From an uncultured Muribaculaceae bacterium (GTDB taxonomy: Bacteria > Cyanobacteriota > Vampirovibrionia > Gastranaerophilales > Gastranaerophilaceae): a stretch of 64,000 nt of DNA. The stretch lies in NCBI GenBank assembly GCA_964491345.1, contig CAZBFV010000001.1:39103-103102 (forward strand), read 5' to 3'. A program made the position numbers and the translations under genes. Positions 30,320 through 40,156 of this stretch are shown in pieces. Each line of letters starts with the position of its first letter. Position 1 is the stretch's first letter. The notes under the pieces are model-generated. The model made no database searches, was not told the DNA's origin, and saw nothing but the letters and a program-made list of their open reading frames with translations.

Positions 30320-31612
30320 CTAGATAATTTCTGCATTCATGCCCGTGGAGTCTTCCGTTAAAGATATCAGTTTTACTTTTTGAATACTGTTTTTGTATTT
30401 ATCATCAGAATCTATTAAAACGTTAATATAATTTTTTGTAACACCTTTCAGCAGTTTTGTTTTTTTATCTCTGTTTTTTTCAATAATAACTTCATTTTGA
30501 GTATTTATGTTATTTTTTAAAAAAGTTTTTAATTTATCATCAGAGATTTTTTGTATAATTCCGGCTCTTTCTTTTTTTATCGTATCGCTTGTTTTGTCGG
30601 GCATAGTATAAGCTGAGGTATTTTTTCTTTTTGAATAAGGAAAAACGTGTATTTTTGTTAAATTTAATTTGCTGAGATTTTGCCGTGTAGTTTCAAAATC
30701 AGTTTCTGTTTCACCGGAAAATCCTGTAATTATATCACTTCCGATAAATACATTCTTGAATTTGGAATGGATATAATCAACAATACTAAACACCTGTTCA
30801 GCTTTATAATTTCTGTTCATATTTTTTAATGTTTTATCACACATTGATTGTAATGAAAGGTGAAAATGGGGGCAGAATTTTGATGAAGCAGATAAAAAAT
30901 CAATAAAATCAAATGACAGTTCAGCCGGATTCAGCGAACCCAGCCTGTATCTTTTAATGTTTGTTTTTTCTACTTCACAGAGCAGATTTTTCAATGATTT
31001 TTCAGGTATAAAATCATATCCCCACTGACCTATATGAATACCTGTCAGGACTGTTTCAAAATAATTTTTCGAAGCATAAAAATTTATTTGTTCAATAATA
31101 TTTTCAATTGAATTGGAGCGATTTTTTCCTCTTGCAAAAGGAATTGCGCAGTATGAACATCGGTTATTGCATCCGTCTTGAATTTTAACAAAAGCTCTTG
31201 TTCTCCGGGGTAAACAAAGTTTATCACAGCGGAAGCTGTCATGAGAAAATATATCTGATACACATAAACGATTATTTTCTTGCGAGAGTATTTCGGCAAT
31301 GTCGTTTTTTTCATAATTGCCTATTACATAATCAGCCGTTTTATTTTTAATCAGATTATCCTTTTCAAGCTGTGCCATACAGCCTGTTACAACAATTTTT
31401 ACGGAAGGATTTTCTCTTTTTGCCCGTCTTAAGCATGCTAAATTTTTTGTATCTGCCGTATGTGTAACAGAACAGGAGTTTAAAATAAAAAAATCCGCTT
31501 CGGTTATTTTATTTGTTTCAATAAAACCTCTGCAGGACAATATTTCAGCCATCAGCGCAGATTCTGCCTGATTTGTTCTGCATCCTAATGTCTTAATTAA
31601 AAATTTTTTCAT
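30320..31612 (-). CDS. mtaB: MiaB/RimO-family radical SAM methylthiotransferase (MtaB-like)
   Basis: KTLGCRTNQAES N-terminal UPF0004 domain, radical SAM CNNRCSYCAIPFARG, and a C-terminal TRAM-like region. Confidence 0.8.
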   Translation of the reverse strand: MKKFLIKTLGCRTNQAESALMAEILSCRGFIETNKITEADFFILNSCSVTHTADTKNLACLRRAKRENPSVKIVVTGCMAQLEKDNLIKNKTADYVIGNYEKNDIAEILSQENNRLCVSDIFSHDSFRCDKLCLPRRTRAFVKIQDGCNNRCSYCAIPFARGKNRSNSIENIIEQINFYASKNYFETVLTGIHIGQWGYDFIPEKSLKNLLCEVEKTNIKRYRLGSLNPAELSFDFIDFLSASSKFCPHFHLSLQSMCDKTLKNMNRNYKAEQVFSIVDYIHSKFKNVFIGSDIITGFSGETETDFETTRQNLSKLNLTKIHVFPYSKRKNTSAYTMPDKTSDTIKKERAGIIQKISDDKLKTFLKNNINTQNEVIIEKNRDKKTKLLKGVTKNYINVLIDSDDKYKNSIQKVKLISLTEDSTGMNAEII

Positions 31613-31785
31613 ATAGAATATTATATTAGAAATATATGCAAAATTTAAAAATAAATTATGATAAACCGAAATAAAAGTTTATGCCAAAAATTAATTTATG
31701 CTTTTGGTTTTGGCTGTATATTTCTAAGGATAATAATTTATCAAACAAGAAGAAACTTTACATATATTTTTATTTTGCAGACGGA

Positions 31786-33168
31786 TTATATTCTGCCTGT
31801 TATCCAGGCATGTATATCGTTATACACAATCAGTATCATTAAAGCTATCAGCAGATAGAAGAAGAAATTACTTAAGCCGTCTGCAAACTTTTTGCTTACG
31901 GGTCTGCCCGTTGCTTTTTCTATTATCAGAAACAACAGATGGCCTCCGTCAAGCGCAGGAATAGGCAATATATTTATTATAGCCAGATTTAAAGAAATTA
32001 TTGCGGAAAGCAAAATTCCTTCAAATATGCCTTTATATGCGATTATCTCGGTGCCTATCTTTGTAATTGCCAAAATTCCGTTCATTTCGCTCATAGGGAC
32101 TTTACCCGAAAACAGCTTGCCCAATGTATAAATCATTAAGCCCAGATTGTAATTGACATAATGATTTGTCGCCTTTAAAAGCTCCGGCAGTGTTTTAGTT
32201 TCGGTATAACATTCGTTAAAATTCTGATATATTCCGACAAGCCCGTCTTTATTTGAATATAAAGTATTTACCGGAATTTCTTTGCCGGCTCTTAAAACTG
32301 TTATTGATATCGGTTTTTTTGTATCTGATACTGCTAAAGCTATATCTTCAAGTGTTACATCTTCCTGAGTTTTATATTTTGTCTGATAATTAATTTTATC
32401 TCTTAATTTCATCTGCGTATCAGAGAGCCGGGTTTCATCAGGATTATATTTTTCAAGTCCGACAATATTGTCAAATGTCAATTTAACGGGTGCTTCATCC
32501 GTAAATTCAGGTATATTGACAACTGTACCCGCTTTTATAATACCGTCTGCAGACGGATTAAGCTCTTTTAACAGTTTTAGCTTATCTTCTGCAATACTTT
32601 GGCTTGCCTTGCCGTCAAACTCTTTAGACAATGTAAAAAATCTGTTTATTGCAACCGGATAATCAACACTCATATCATTAATTTTATATATAATATCGCC
32701 TTTTTGAAGCCCAGAAGCCTTAACCTGCAAAGAAGCGGAATCCGCATAGCCTTCAAATTCTACGGTATATTTATTATCGGGCAGATGCCTCCATAATAAG
32801 CCCGTAGAAAATATCAGAAAATATGCCAGCAATAAATTGCAGACAACACCCGCAACTATCACAATCATTCGCTGTCCTGCCGTTTTATTGGCAAATCTTA
32901 AAGGCGAGTCTTTAGGTAAATCACAATCTTCTTCATCATCGGAGAATGATACATATCCGCCGAGCAGACAGGCATGGACAAGTACTTCCGTTTCGCCTAT
33001 TTTTTTAGAAAATAATATAGGACCGACGGGCAGACCGAAACCGAATTTATCCACTCTTATTCCAACCGCCTTTGCAGCAAAAAAATGCCCCGCTTCATGT
33101 ATCAAAATCAGTAGACTTATTAATAATATCATTATTACGGCGCTTGATAACATGTGCAGAAAACTCAT
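31786..33168 (-). CDS. rseP: RIP (site-2) zinc metalloprotease RseP, M50 family
   Basis: HEAGHFFAAK HExxH in TM1, a central PDZ-like region, and the C-terminal LPIPALDGGH motif. Confidence 0.93.
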   Translation of the reverse strand: MSFLHMLSSAVIMILLISLLILIHEAGHFFAAKAVGIRVDKFGFGLPVGPILFSKKIGETEVLVHACLLGGYVSFSDDEEDCDLPKDSPLRFANKTAGQRMIVIVAGVVCNLLLAYFLIFSTGLLWRHLPDNKYTVEFEGYADSASLQVKASGLQKGDIIYKINDMSVDYPVAINRFFTLSKEFDGKASQSIAEDKLKLLKELNPSADGIIKAGTVVNIPEFTDEAPVKLTFDNIVGLEKYNPDETRLSDTQMKLRDKINYQTKYKTQEDVTLEDIALAVSDTKKPISITVLRAGKEIPVNTLYSNKDGLVGIYQNFNECYTETKTLPELLKATNHYVNYNLGLMIYTLGKLFSGKVPMSEMNGILAITKIGTEIIAYKGIFEGILLSAIISLNLAIINILPIPALDGGHLLFLIIEKATGRPVSKKFADGLSNFFFYLLIALMILIVYNDIHAWITGRI

Positions 33169-33205
33169 TTCAAAAACCTCATCTGTCTGATATAATCCGT
33201 ATTAT

Positions 33206-33856
33206 ATGATAAACATTTTTGAAAAACTACTAAATTTAATATATATACAGCCTTGCTGTTTTTGCGGCTCTGCAAAGCATGATACTCTTATCTGCCCCGA
33301 CTGCCTTAATAAAATTCACTTTCTGCCGTCCTCTGTTTTTAGAAAAATTTCCCTCTGCGATGTATATGTATGCACTCTTTATGACGGCATTATAAAATCT
33401 CTTGTAAGAGATTTAAAATACCGCAGTCAAAAAAAACTTGCAAAAGTTCAGGCAAAAATAATGTTTGATTATTTCAAACAGTTAAATCTGAATAAAGAAT
33501 TTATTATAGTTCCCGTTCCAATCCATAATAACAGGCTTAAAGAGCGTAAATATAATCACATGGATATAGTAGCGGATGAATTTTCCAAATTAACAAAATT
33601 TAAAGCCGATAAAACCCTGCTGATCAGGGTTAAAGATACTCAGAAACAATACAATCTTAAAAAAAGCGAAAGAATTTTAAATCTTAAAGATGCTTTCAAA
33701 ATTAATAAAAATACGGACACGGATAAAAATCTTCTGATAATTGATGATATTACATCAACGGGAGCTACTTTAAAAGAAATTATCCGGACATTGCAAAACG
33801 GCGGATATAAAAATATAACCGCTTTAACTCTTGCTACGCCTGATATATGGAACTGA
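33206..33856 (+). CDS. comF: ComF family protein (phosphoribosyltransferase domain)
   Basis: N-terminal Cys4 (CCFCGS..CPDC) and a C-terminal PRTase loop LLIIDDITSTGATL. Confidence 0.88.
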   Translation: MINIFEKLLNLIYIQPCCFCGSAKHDTLICPDCLNKIHFLPSSVFRKISLCDVYVCTLYDGIIKSLVRDLKYRSQKKLAKVQAKIMFDYFKQLNLNKEFIIVPVPIHNNRLKERKYNHMDIVADEFSKLTKFKADKTLLIRVKDTQKQYNLKKSERILNLKDAFKINKNTDTDKNLLIIDDITSTGATLKEIIRTLQNGGYKNITALTLATPDIWN

Positions 33857-34820
33857 CCGCATTTAATATTTCATCAGGCGGAATTTGCTCCATGCAGGGA
33901 GCATATATTTTCGTTTTTCCTTTTAAATATTTACATTTTCTTTTGTTGCATGGAACACAATCTTTTTTTGAAAGAATATTAATACCGTTCGAGTAGCATC
34001 CTGTCCTTTTAATCGGGCTTGAACCGTATAATCCGACTGATTTAACACCTAAAGCAGCCGCTATATGCAAAGGTCCGGAGTCTCCGGAAATCATAAAATC
34101 AGCCTGAGAAATAACTCCGCAAGAATCCGCTAAAGATAACTCGCCTATTAAATTAACAGAATTTTTAATACCGTTTAAAGGAAGCAGAAACTCTTTATCT
34201 TCTTTTGCACCTGTCAGAATAATTACTGCGTTATATTTTTCCTGCAGCTTATTGCCCGCTTCAATCCATTTATGTATGGGATAAGCCCGCCCCTGCCTTT
34301 TTGAGAACATTCCGCCCGCATTTATTACAATAATCGGCTTAGAATACCCCTTTAAACGTTCTTTTGCCTGATTTACCGATTCAGGGGGCAGAAAAAGCCT
34401 GAGCTCCTTCGGCTCTTTAATTTCCGGAAATACCTCTAAGCCTGTTTTAAAAAAGTTTTCAACCGCATGTATATTAATATCTTTTTTGTATAAAATCTGC
34501 TTTTTTATGCCTGATAATTTAATAAGCATTTTCAGCTTAAATGAGGGCTGAAGATTAATTGCCAGGTCATAATTTTCATTTTTCAGCTTATCCGCATATT
34601 CTTTTGCGGATGAAGAAAACAAATGAAATTCAGGATTTACGGCAATTACTTTTTCGATAGATTTATCCTCTTTAATAAGGGGCATAATCAACGGGCTTGT
34701 TAAGTAATGAATTTGAACGTAAGGATATGCTTTTTTTATGGCTTGAAATAAACCCGTTGTATGCACGACATCGCCTATTGCGCCTGTTCTTATTATGAGA
34801 ATTTTATTATATTTTTCCAT
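33834..34820 (-). CDS. glycosyltransferase family 9 (LPS heptosyltransferase-like)
   Basis: ILIIRTGAIGDVVHTT N-terminus and ISGDSGPLHIAAALG near the C-terminus. Confidence 0.88.
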   Translation of the reverse strand: MEKYNKILIIRTGAIGDVVHTTGLFQAIKKAYPYVQIHYLTSPLIMPLIKEDKSIEKVIAVNPEFHLFSSSAKEYADKLKNENYDLAINLQPSFKLKMLIKLSGIKKQILYKKDINIHAVENFFKTGLEVFPEIKEPKELRLFLPPESVNQAKERLKGYSKPIIVINAGGMFSKRQGRAYPIHKWIEAGNKLQEKYNAVIILTGAKEDKEFLLPLNGIKNSVNLIGELSLADSCGVISQADFMISGDSGPLHIAAALGVKSVGLYGSSPIKRTGCYSNGINILSKKDCVPCNKRKCKYLKGKTKIYAPCMEQIPPDEILNAVSSIYQA

Positions 34821-34822
34821 AA

Positions 34823-35470
34823 TTAATACCCTAAATTTTCATTAACAAGAATAACGTTTATCCTTCCTTTCGGATAAGATAATCTTGTAATCAATATCTG
34901 CGAACAGATACTCGTCTGTGATTTGCAATCCGCACAGTATCCGGATGCTATGCAGGGCGTGTGCATTTCAAAAAAGTTTGATACTCTCTGCGCATTTACG
35001 GGCGCTGAATAATTTCTTGCACGGCTGACTGCTTCATCAAGCGATTCTGCAATTTTATTTATGCCGGCGACAACAATTACTTTCTTTGGACCGTAGCATA
35101 ATGCTGCAAGCCTGTTGCCATGCCCGTCAATATTTACAAGCTCTCCGTCTTTTGTAACGGCATTTGAACTCATCAAAAATATATCCGCCGTAATGCTTTT
35201 AAGTATTAACTCTTCCTTTTCCTTATCAGATTTTGCCTTATCACGGTCAATTATATTATAAGAGTTATTTTCAAGATAATCTTTTATACCGATTTCATCT
35301 AAGGTAACAGACCCGCCCCAAGATATTGTTTCATTCCCGCTTATTAATTCCAAAATTTTTTTAACGGCTTCATTCTTATTTTGTGCATAAAAAGCGTTAA
35401 AATTACGGCTTTCAAACGCTTTTATTACTTTTTGCGCCGCAAGACTGTTTCTTTTAATAATATTCTGCAT
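34823..35470 (-). CDS. LUD-domain (lactate utilization, DUF162/YkgG-like) protein
   Basis: GGSVTLDEIG, SSNAVTKDGELVNIDGHGNRLAAL, GPKKVIVVAGINKI, PC..G.CADC and RINVILVNENLGY. The ATG at 35470 is preceded by GAGG. Confidence 0.8.
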   Translation of the reverse strand: MQNIIKRNSLAAQKVIKAFESRNFNAFYAQNKNEAVKKILELISGNETISWGGSVTLDEIGIKDYLENNSYNIIDRDKAKSDKEKEELILKSITADIFLMSSNAVTKDGELVNIDGHGNRLAALCYGPKKVIVVAGINKIAESLDEAVSRARNYSAPVNAQRVSNFFEMHTPCIASGYCADCKSQTSICSQILITRLSYPKGRINVILVNENLGY

Positions 35471-35548
35471 GGCAAACCTCAAATTTAACCTCAGAATATT
35501 ATAAAATAAAAAGCTGTAACTTACGATTATTTTATACTTATTTACATA

Positions 35549-36505
35549 TCATGTAACAGTAGATTCCGCATATTCCGATTTTTCAATATATTTAACGGCG
35601 CAGCATGCACTGCATGCTCCGTCTGCTGCCGCTGTTATAACCTGCCTTAACGGAGTATTTCTTACATCTCCTGCGGCATATACTCCTTCAATTGAAGTCT
35701 GCATATTAACATCAGTTTCAATAAAACCTTGAGGAGTAAGTTTTAACTGCCCTGCAAACATTTCCGTATTAGGTTCAATGCCTATATACGGGAATACCCC
35801 CTGAACTTCAAGCTCAAAAATTTCATTTGTATCCGCTTTTTTAAGTTTTATTCCTTCCACAGAATCATTTCCCGTAATTTCTACAGGAACGGTATTTAAA
35901 ATAAATTCTATTTTTTCATTACCTGCCGTGCGATCCTTAACTATTTTATCTGCTCTTAATTCATTCCGCCTGTGGATAATATATACCTTTTCAGCAAACT
36001 TTGTAAGATATAAGGCTTCTTCAAGCGCAGAATTTCCTCCTCCTATAACCGCTAAAATTTTATCTTTATAAAATGCCCCATCACATACGGCGCAATAACT
36101 TACGCCCCTGCACTTAAATTCAGCCTCCCCTTTGATATTGAGTTTTTTAGGTGATGCTCCAGTTGCGATAATAAGAGTCTTGGACTTAAAAACCGCATCA
36201 GATGTTTCAACCTCCTTAAGTTTTGAAGTTAAGCCGACTCTTTTTATTTCAGTCATCGGAAATTTATCTAAACCGAACTTATCGGCATGCTTTTCAAATT
36301 TTTCCATTAGTTCAAAGCTGTTTGAAGATAAATATCCCGGATAATTTTCTATCTCAAGATATTCAGAGGGCTGACCGCCGAAACAGTTTGTATCAATTAA
36401 TGCCGTTTTTGCACAGCCCCTTGATGCAAATACGGCAGCAGAAAGTCCGGCAGGTCCTCCGCCTAAAATTATTACATCATAAATATATTCCGTTCTGCTT
36501 TTCAT
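35549..36505 (-). CDS. trxB: thioredoxin-disulfide reductase
   Basis: YDVIILGGGPAGLSAA, redox-active CAVCDG, VIGGGNSALEEA and AAGDV. Confidence 0.95.
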   Translation of the reverse strand: MKSRTEYIYDVIILGGGPAGLSAAVFASRGCAKTALIDTNCFGGQPSEYLEIENYPGYLSSNSFELMEKFEKHADKFGLDKFPMTEIKRVGLTSKLKEVETSDAVFKSKTLIIATGASPKKLNIKGEAEFKCRGVSYCAVCDGAFYKDKILAVIGGGNSALEEALYLTKFAEKVYIIHRRNELRADKIVKDRTAGNEKIEFILNTVPVEITGNDSVEGIKLKKADTNEIFELEVQGVFPYIGIEPNTEMFAGQLKLTPQGFIETDVNMQTSIEGVYAAGDVRNTPLRQVITAAADGACSACCAVKYIEKSEYAESTVT

Positions 36506-36526
36506 TTTTCCCCCTCACTCTTAATT

Positions 36527-37027
36527 TTAAATTCCAAAAATATCACTGATTCCCATGCCTGATATTTTAGTGCCTCTCACCTGATATTCGACGAAATCTT
36601 CTTTAATAAGTTTCCCGTCTTTAAAAGTTTTTATGTTAATTCTGTCTACACCCGTAAAATAATTGCCGTTTAATGTCAAAATGGGAGTTTCTATTGATTC
36701 TTCATCGGGATATGAGCTTCTTTTTTCAAATTTAACCGTTTTGCCCTTGACATCATTTACGGTAATATCCGCTTTTGCACCTGAAAGCGGATTTCTGAGA
36801 GTTATAATATCATCCTGCCTTGAAAGCGTCCAGATATCAAGGCTTTTTGTATTGAACATCTCATGATTGGTAGACTTTGTGCAGGTTGCAATAACTCTCC
36901 AGTCCCCGTACAATTCATTCGGAACTTTATCCGTCATTGCAACCGAGCCTTCAATAACTGCGCCATATACGATTGAAAATAAAGCGATTAATATATTAAA
37001 TACTGCTAATACTGCGATTTTTTTCAT
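36527..37027 (-). CDS. hypothetical secreted protein
   Basis: 166 aa with an N-terminal hydrophobic signal-like segment (IAVLAVFNILIALFSIVYG). No known motif. Confidence 0.55.
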   Translation of the reverse strand: MKKIAVLAVFNILIALFSIVYGAVIEGSVAMTDKVPNELYGDWRVIATCTKSTNHEMFNTKSLDIWTLSRQDDIITLRNPLSGAKADITVNDVKGKTVKFEKRSSYPDEESIETPILTLNGNYFTGVDRINIKTFKDGKLIKEDFVEYQVRGTKISGMGISDIFGI

Positions 37028-37114
37028 ATTATCAATTTAATGCTGTTTTTTCAAAAATCAATTATTCTTTATATTAATTTAAATTAATTAATATTTAACG
37101 GTTTAAAATTTAAA

Positions 37115-37753
37115 TCAGCCTAATAATATCCAAAGAATTTTTTTAAGTCCTTTAGCTGTTAAAACAGCCAAAAAACTAAATACAAAATCATATAAAATTT
37201 TGGATATCGACTGATAATATATAACCTGCCTTATAAAATCAAACGAGTCGTGTCTTAAAAGAGCTATTATCGTCAAATAAACAATACCTGTTGCATGAAT
37301 AATCAAAACTCCGGACAATACGGATAATATTATATTTAATATTCTGCGTCTTTTAAGCATTTTAGCGGAAACAAACACCGCAGGAATAAATCCGAAAATA
37401 TAGCCAAAATTGTACTGGAATATATAAGAAAGCCCTCCCCCTAATGCAAAAACGGGAAACATCGGAGTTAAGCCCATAATTATATAGATTAATATGACAA
37501 CTACACCCCAATATTCGCCCAGTAATGCCGCAATAAAAATTACAACGGGAATTTGAGGAATATATTCAAATTTCAGATAGGACGATATACCTGTATCAGG
37601 CACATTAAAACTGATTTTTATCTGGGTAAAAGTTGCAGCTGTCAATAGAAATATACATAAAGCAATAACGGATAATGTACCTAAACATAATCGAATTTTA
37701 GGCTCCGGCTTATGTATTTTTTTTATTCCCGCCTTAACCCTTTTATTCAGCAT
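37115..37753 (-). CDS. integral membrane protein, possibly BioY-family biotin transporter
   Basis: About 6 TM segments. AALLGEYWG..YIIMGL..PVFALGGGLSYI...GYIFGFIPA resembles the BioY core (LLG..G, PVFA.GGG, GYLIGF). Confidence 0.5.
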   Translation of the reverse strand: MLNKRVKAGIKKIHKPEPKIRLCLGTLSVIALCIFLLTAATFTQIKISFNVPDTGISSYLKFEYIPQIPVVIFIAALLGEYWGVVVILIYIIMGLTPMFPVFALGGGLSYIFQYNFGYIFGFIPAVFVSAKMLKRRRILNIILSVLSGVLIIHATGIVYLTIIALLRHDSFDFIRQVIYYQSISKILYDFVFSFLAVLTAKGLKKILWILLG

Positions 37754-38270
37754 AGCTTACATCTACCTTGTTAATATTTGACTTTATGATATTAAAATTA
37801 TTTTTAAAAGCATCATACCAAATATTTTGAGTAAACATTATAACGGCATTTTCACCGTTGTCCTGATAATAGTTCTTCCTCACTCCTATTGATTCAAATA
37901 AAAATTTTTCGTATAAAGTTATAGCGGGGAAATTACTTTCTCTGACCTCTAAAGTTACATACTTTGCCATATTGGTATAACAGCTCATAAAAATCTGCAC
38001 CAGAAGAATTTGAGCCAACTGAAGCCCCCTGTAATCAGGATGAACGGCAAGCGCTGTAATATGGACTTCTTCGAATATCTGCCAGATGCCTGCATAAGCC
38101 AAAATATTATTATCATCATCTTTTATGCAGTAATATACGGCAAGACTATTTGAAACTTCATTGTAGAAAGAACTTTTTGACCAGTGATGCTTAGGATGGA
38201 CGAGTTCTTCAATATGAAAAACACCGCCGACATCCTCGCTTGTCATTTTTAGAACTTTGACATGTTTCAT
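37743..38270 (-). CDS. rimI: GNAT N-acetyltransferase (RimI-like)
   Basis: ALAVHPDYRGLQLAQILL acetyl-CoA binding block and VTLEVRESN. Size is typical of RimI. Confidence 0.7.
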   Translation of the reverse strand: MKHVKVLKMTSEDVGGVFHIEELVHPKHHWSKSSFYNEVSNSLAVYYCIKDDDNNILAYAGIWQIFEEVHITALAVHPDYRGLQLAQILLVQIFMSCYTNMAKYVTLEVRESNFPAITLYEKFLFESIGVRKNYYQDNGENAVIMFTQNIWYDAFKNNFNIIKSNINKVDVSYAE

Positions 38271-38340
38271 TAAAGGAAATCCTTATATGCTAATTCTAGC
38301 AAATATAAAGCCAATATTCAAATAATGATATAATATTTTT

Positions 38341-39432
38341 ATGATTGAGCATGCTTATATACATATACCTTTCTGCAGAAGAAAATGCAATTACTGCGCT
38401 TTTGTTTCGGGTTTAAATATTGAAGCTGAAGAAATATATATAAACGCTCTTTTAAAAGAAATAGGCGGAAGATATAATGATGATAAACTCAAAACCCTGT
38501 ATATAGGGGGCGGAACTCCGAGTTTATTAAAAGCCGTAAACATTAATAAAATTGTTAAGCCTTTTAATTTCGCCGATAATTACGAACTTACGATTGAAGC
38601 TAATCCTGAAACAATATCAAAAGATAAATGCAAATCGTACCTTGATGCGGGCATTAACAGAATATCCCTGGGAGTGCAGGCTTTTAACAATAATATTCTT
38701 GATATATCAGGGCGGAAACATAGTGAAAAAGATATATATCAGGCAGTGGAAAATATTAAATCTTCAGGTTTTAAAAATATAAGCATTGATTTAATCTATG
38801 GACTGCCTTTTCAAACTACGGATGATTTTATGCTTGATTTAAAAAAAGCAGTTAATTTAAATATAGAGCATATTTCAGCCTATGGATTAAAAATTGAAAA
38901 AAATTCATATTTCGGCAGAAATCCGCCTCAATCACTGCCTGACGATGATATGCAGGCTGATATGTATTTAATGTTATGTGAGTTTTTAAGACAAAATAAA
39001 TTTATTCACTATGAAATAAGTAATTTTTCAAGACATAATTTTTATTCAAGGCATAACTCGGCATACTGGAAAAACAAAAATTACTACGGATTCGGGCTGA
39101 ATGCTTCAGGCTACGAAAAAAACGCAAGATATAAAAACACATCAGATTTTAATAAGTACATAAATCAGGAATTTATGCGGGAAGAAACAACTTTAACAGA
39201 GGAAGAAATTCTTGAAGAAGAAATTTTCCTTGCCTTAAGATTAAAAAAAGGAATAAATATTAATAAAATCAATAAAAAATTTAATATTGACTTTGAAAAA
39301 AAATATGCTTCCGTAATAAAAAAATATCGGGAATTGCTAATAATAAAAAATAATTATTGTTTTTTGACGGAAAACGGTTTTTTGGTCAGTAATAATATCA
39401 TGTCCGAATTTATTAATCAACTGAATTTATAA
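38341..39432 (+). CDS. hemW: radical SAM heme chaperone HemW (HemN-like)
   Basis: YIHIPFCRRKCNYCAF, LYIGGGTPS, and a HemN_C-like C-terminal domain. Confidence 0.9.
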   Translation: MIEHAYIHIPFCRRKCNYCAFVSGLNIEAEEIYINALLKEIGGRYNDDKLKTLYIGGGTPSLLKAVNINKIVKPFNFADNYELTIEANPETISKDKCKSYLDAGINRISLGVQAFNNNILDISGRKHSEKDIYQAVENIKSSGFKNISIDLIYGLPFQTTDDFMLDLKKAVNLNIEHISAYGLKIEKNSYFGRNPPQSLPDDDMQADMYLMLCEFLRQNKFIHYEISNFSRHNFYSRHNSAYWKNKNYYGFGLNASGYEKNARYKNTSDFNKYINQEFMREETTLTEEEILEEEIFLALRLKKGININKINKKFNIDFEKKYASVIKKYRELLIIKNNYCFLTENGFLVSNNIMSEFINQLNL

Positions 39433-39497
39433 TGCGCATAATTATGTTGTCAAAAAAAATTGTAGATGATATAATCAGAAAATAAAAGGAGTGTAAA

Positions 39498-39965
39498 ATG
39501 AAAAACAGTTTTAAATTTATATCGGTTGCGCTGTTAGCTTTTGCAATCGGTTTAACTACGGCAAATTTTGCGGTATCCGGTGTGCCTTCCGCTTCTAAGG
39601 TTGCGGTTGTTGATTTGCAGAAAGTATTTAATTCTTCGTTAGAAATAAAAGCATTAAAAGAAGAACAGAATAAAAAAAGCGAAGAATTAGCAAAGTTTAT
39701 TCAGACTGCACAAACTTCAATAGATAAAGAAACGGATAAAACAAAAAAGAAAGCTCTTGAGCAAAAATACACAAAAGAGTTTGCTACAAAAAAGCAGGCT
39801 ATATTAAAGAATTATGAAACTAAACTGCTGGCAGTTAAAGATAATATACAAACAGTTGTTAATAATCAGGCTAAAACTAACGGATATGATTTGATTCTTG
39901 TAAAAGACGTGGTTCTTTTGGGCGGAAACGATATTACCGACGAAATTTCAAAACAAATTAAATAA
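39498..39965 (+). CDS. OmpH/Skp family periplasmic chaperone
   Basis: Signal peptide, VAVVDLQKVF, a long K/E/Q-rich helical arm, and ..GYDLILVKDVVLLGG. Confidence 0.85.
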   Translation: MKNSFKFISVALLAFAIGLTTANFAVSGVPSASKVAVVDLQKVFNSSLEIKALKEEQNKKSEELAKFIQTAQTSIDKETDKTKKKALEQKYTKEFATKKQAILKNYETKLLAVKDNIQTVVNNQAKTNGYDLILVKDVVLLGGNDITDEISKQIK

Positions 39966-39978
39966 ATTTAACACTATT

Positions 39979-40142
39979 AAAAAGAGGGTGCAATTACTGA
40001 GTCGGAACTTTAATCATTTCTGTTAATGTTCTTGATACAGTTCGATTTTACAGCGCAGGAGCATTCGGCAGAAATTCAGCGCTGACGTTCATAATACTGA
40101 TGCTGAAACCGCCGGGGTTGATGTATTAATCCCTCTTTTTTT
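39979..40142. other. ~164-nt element closed by a 10-bp stem, between convergent genes (candidate structured RNA or atypical bidirectional terminator)
   Basis: AAAAAGAGGG (39979-39988) is the exact complement of CCCTCTTTTT (40131-40140). There is a T-run after it on + and on - strands, and an internal hairpin CAGCGC(40051-56)/GCGCTG(40079-84). Confidence 0.4.
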
Positions 40143-40156
40143 ATGCGGAAATTTTC

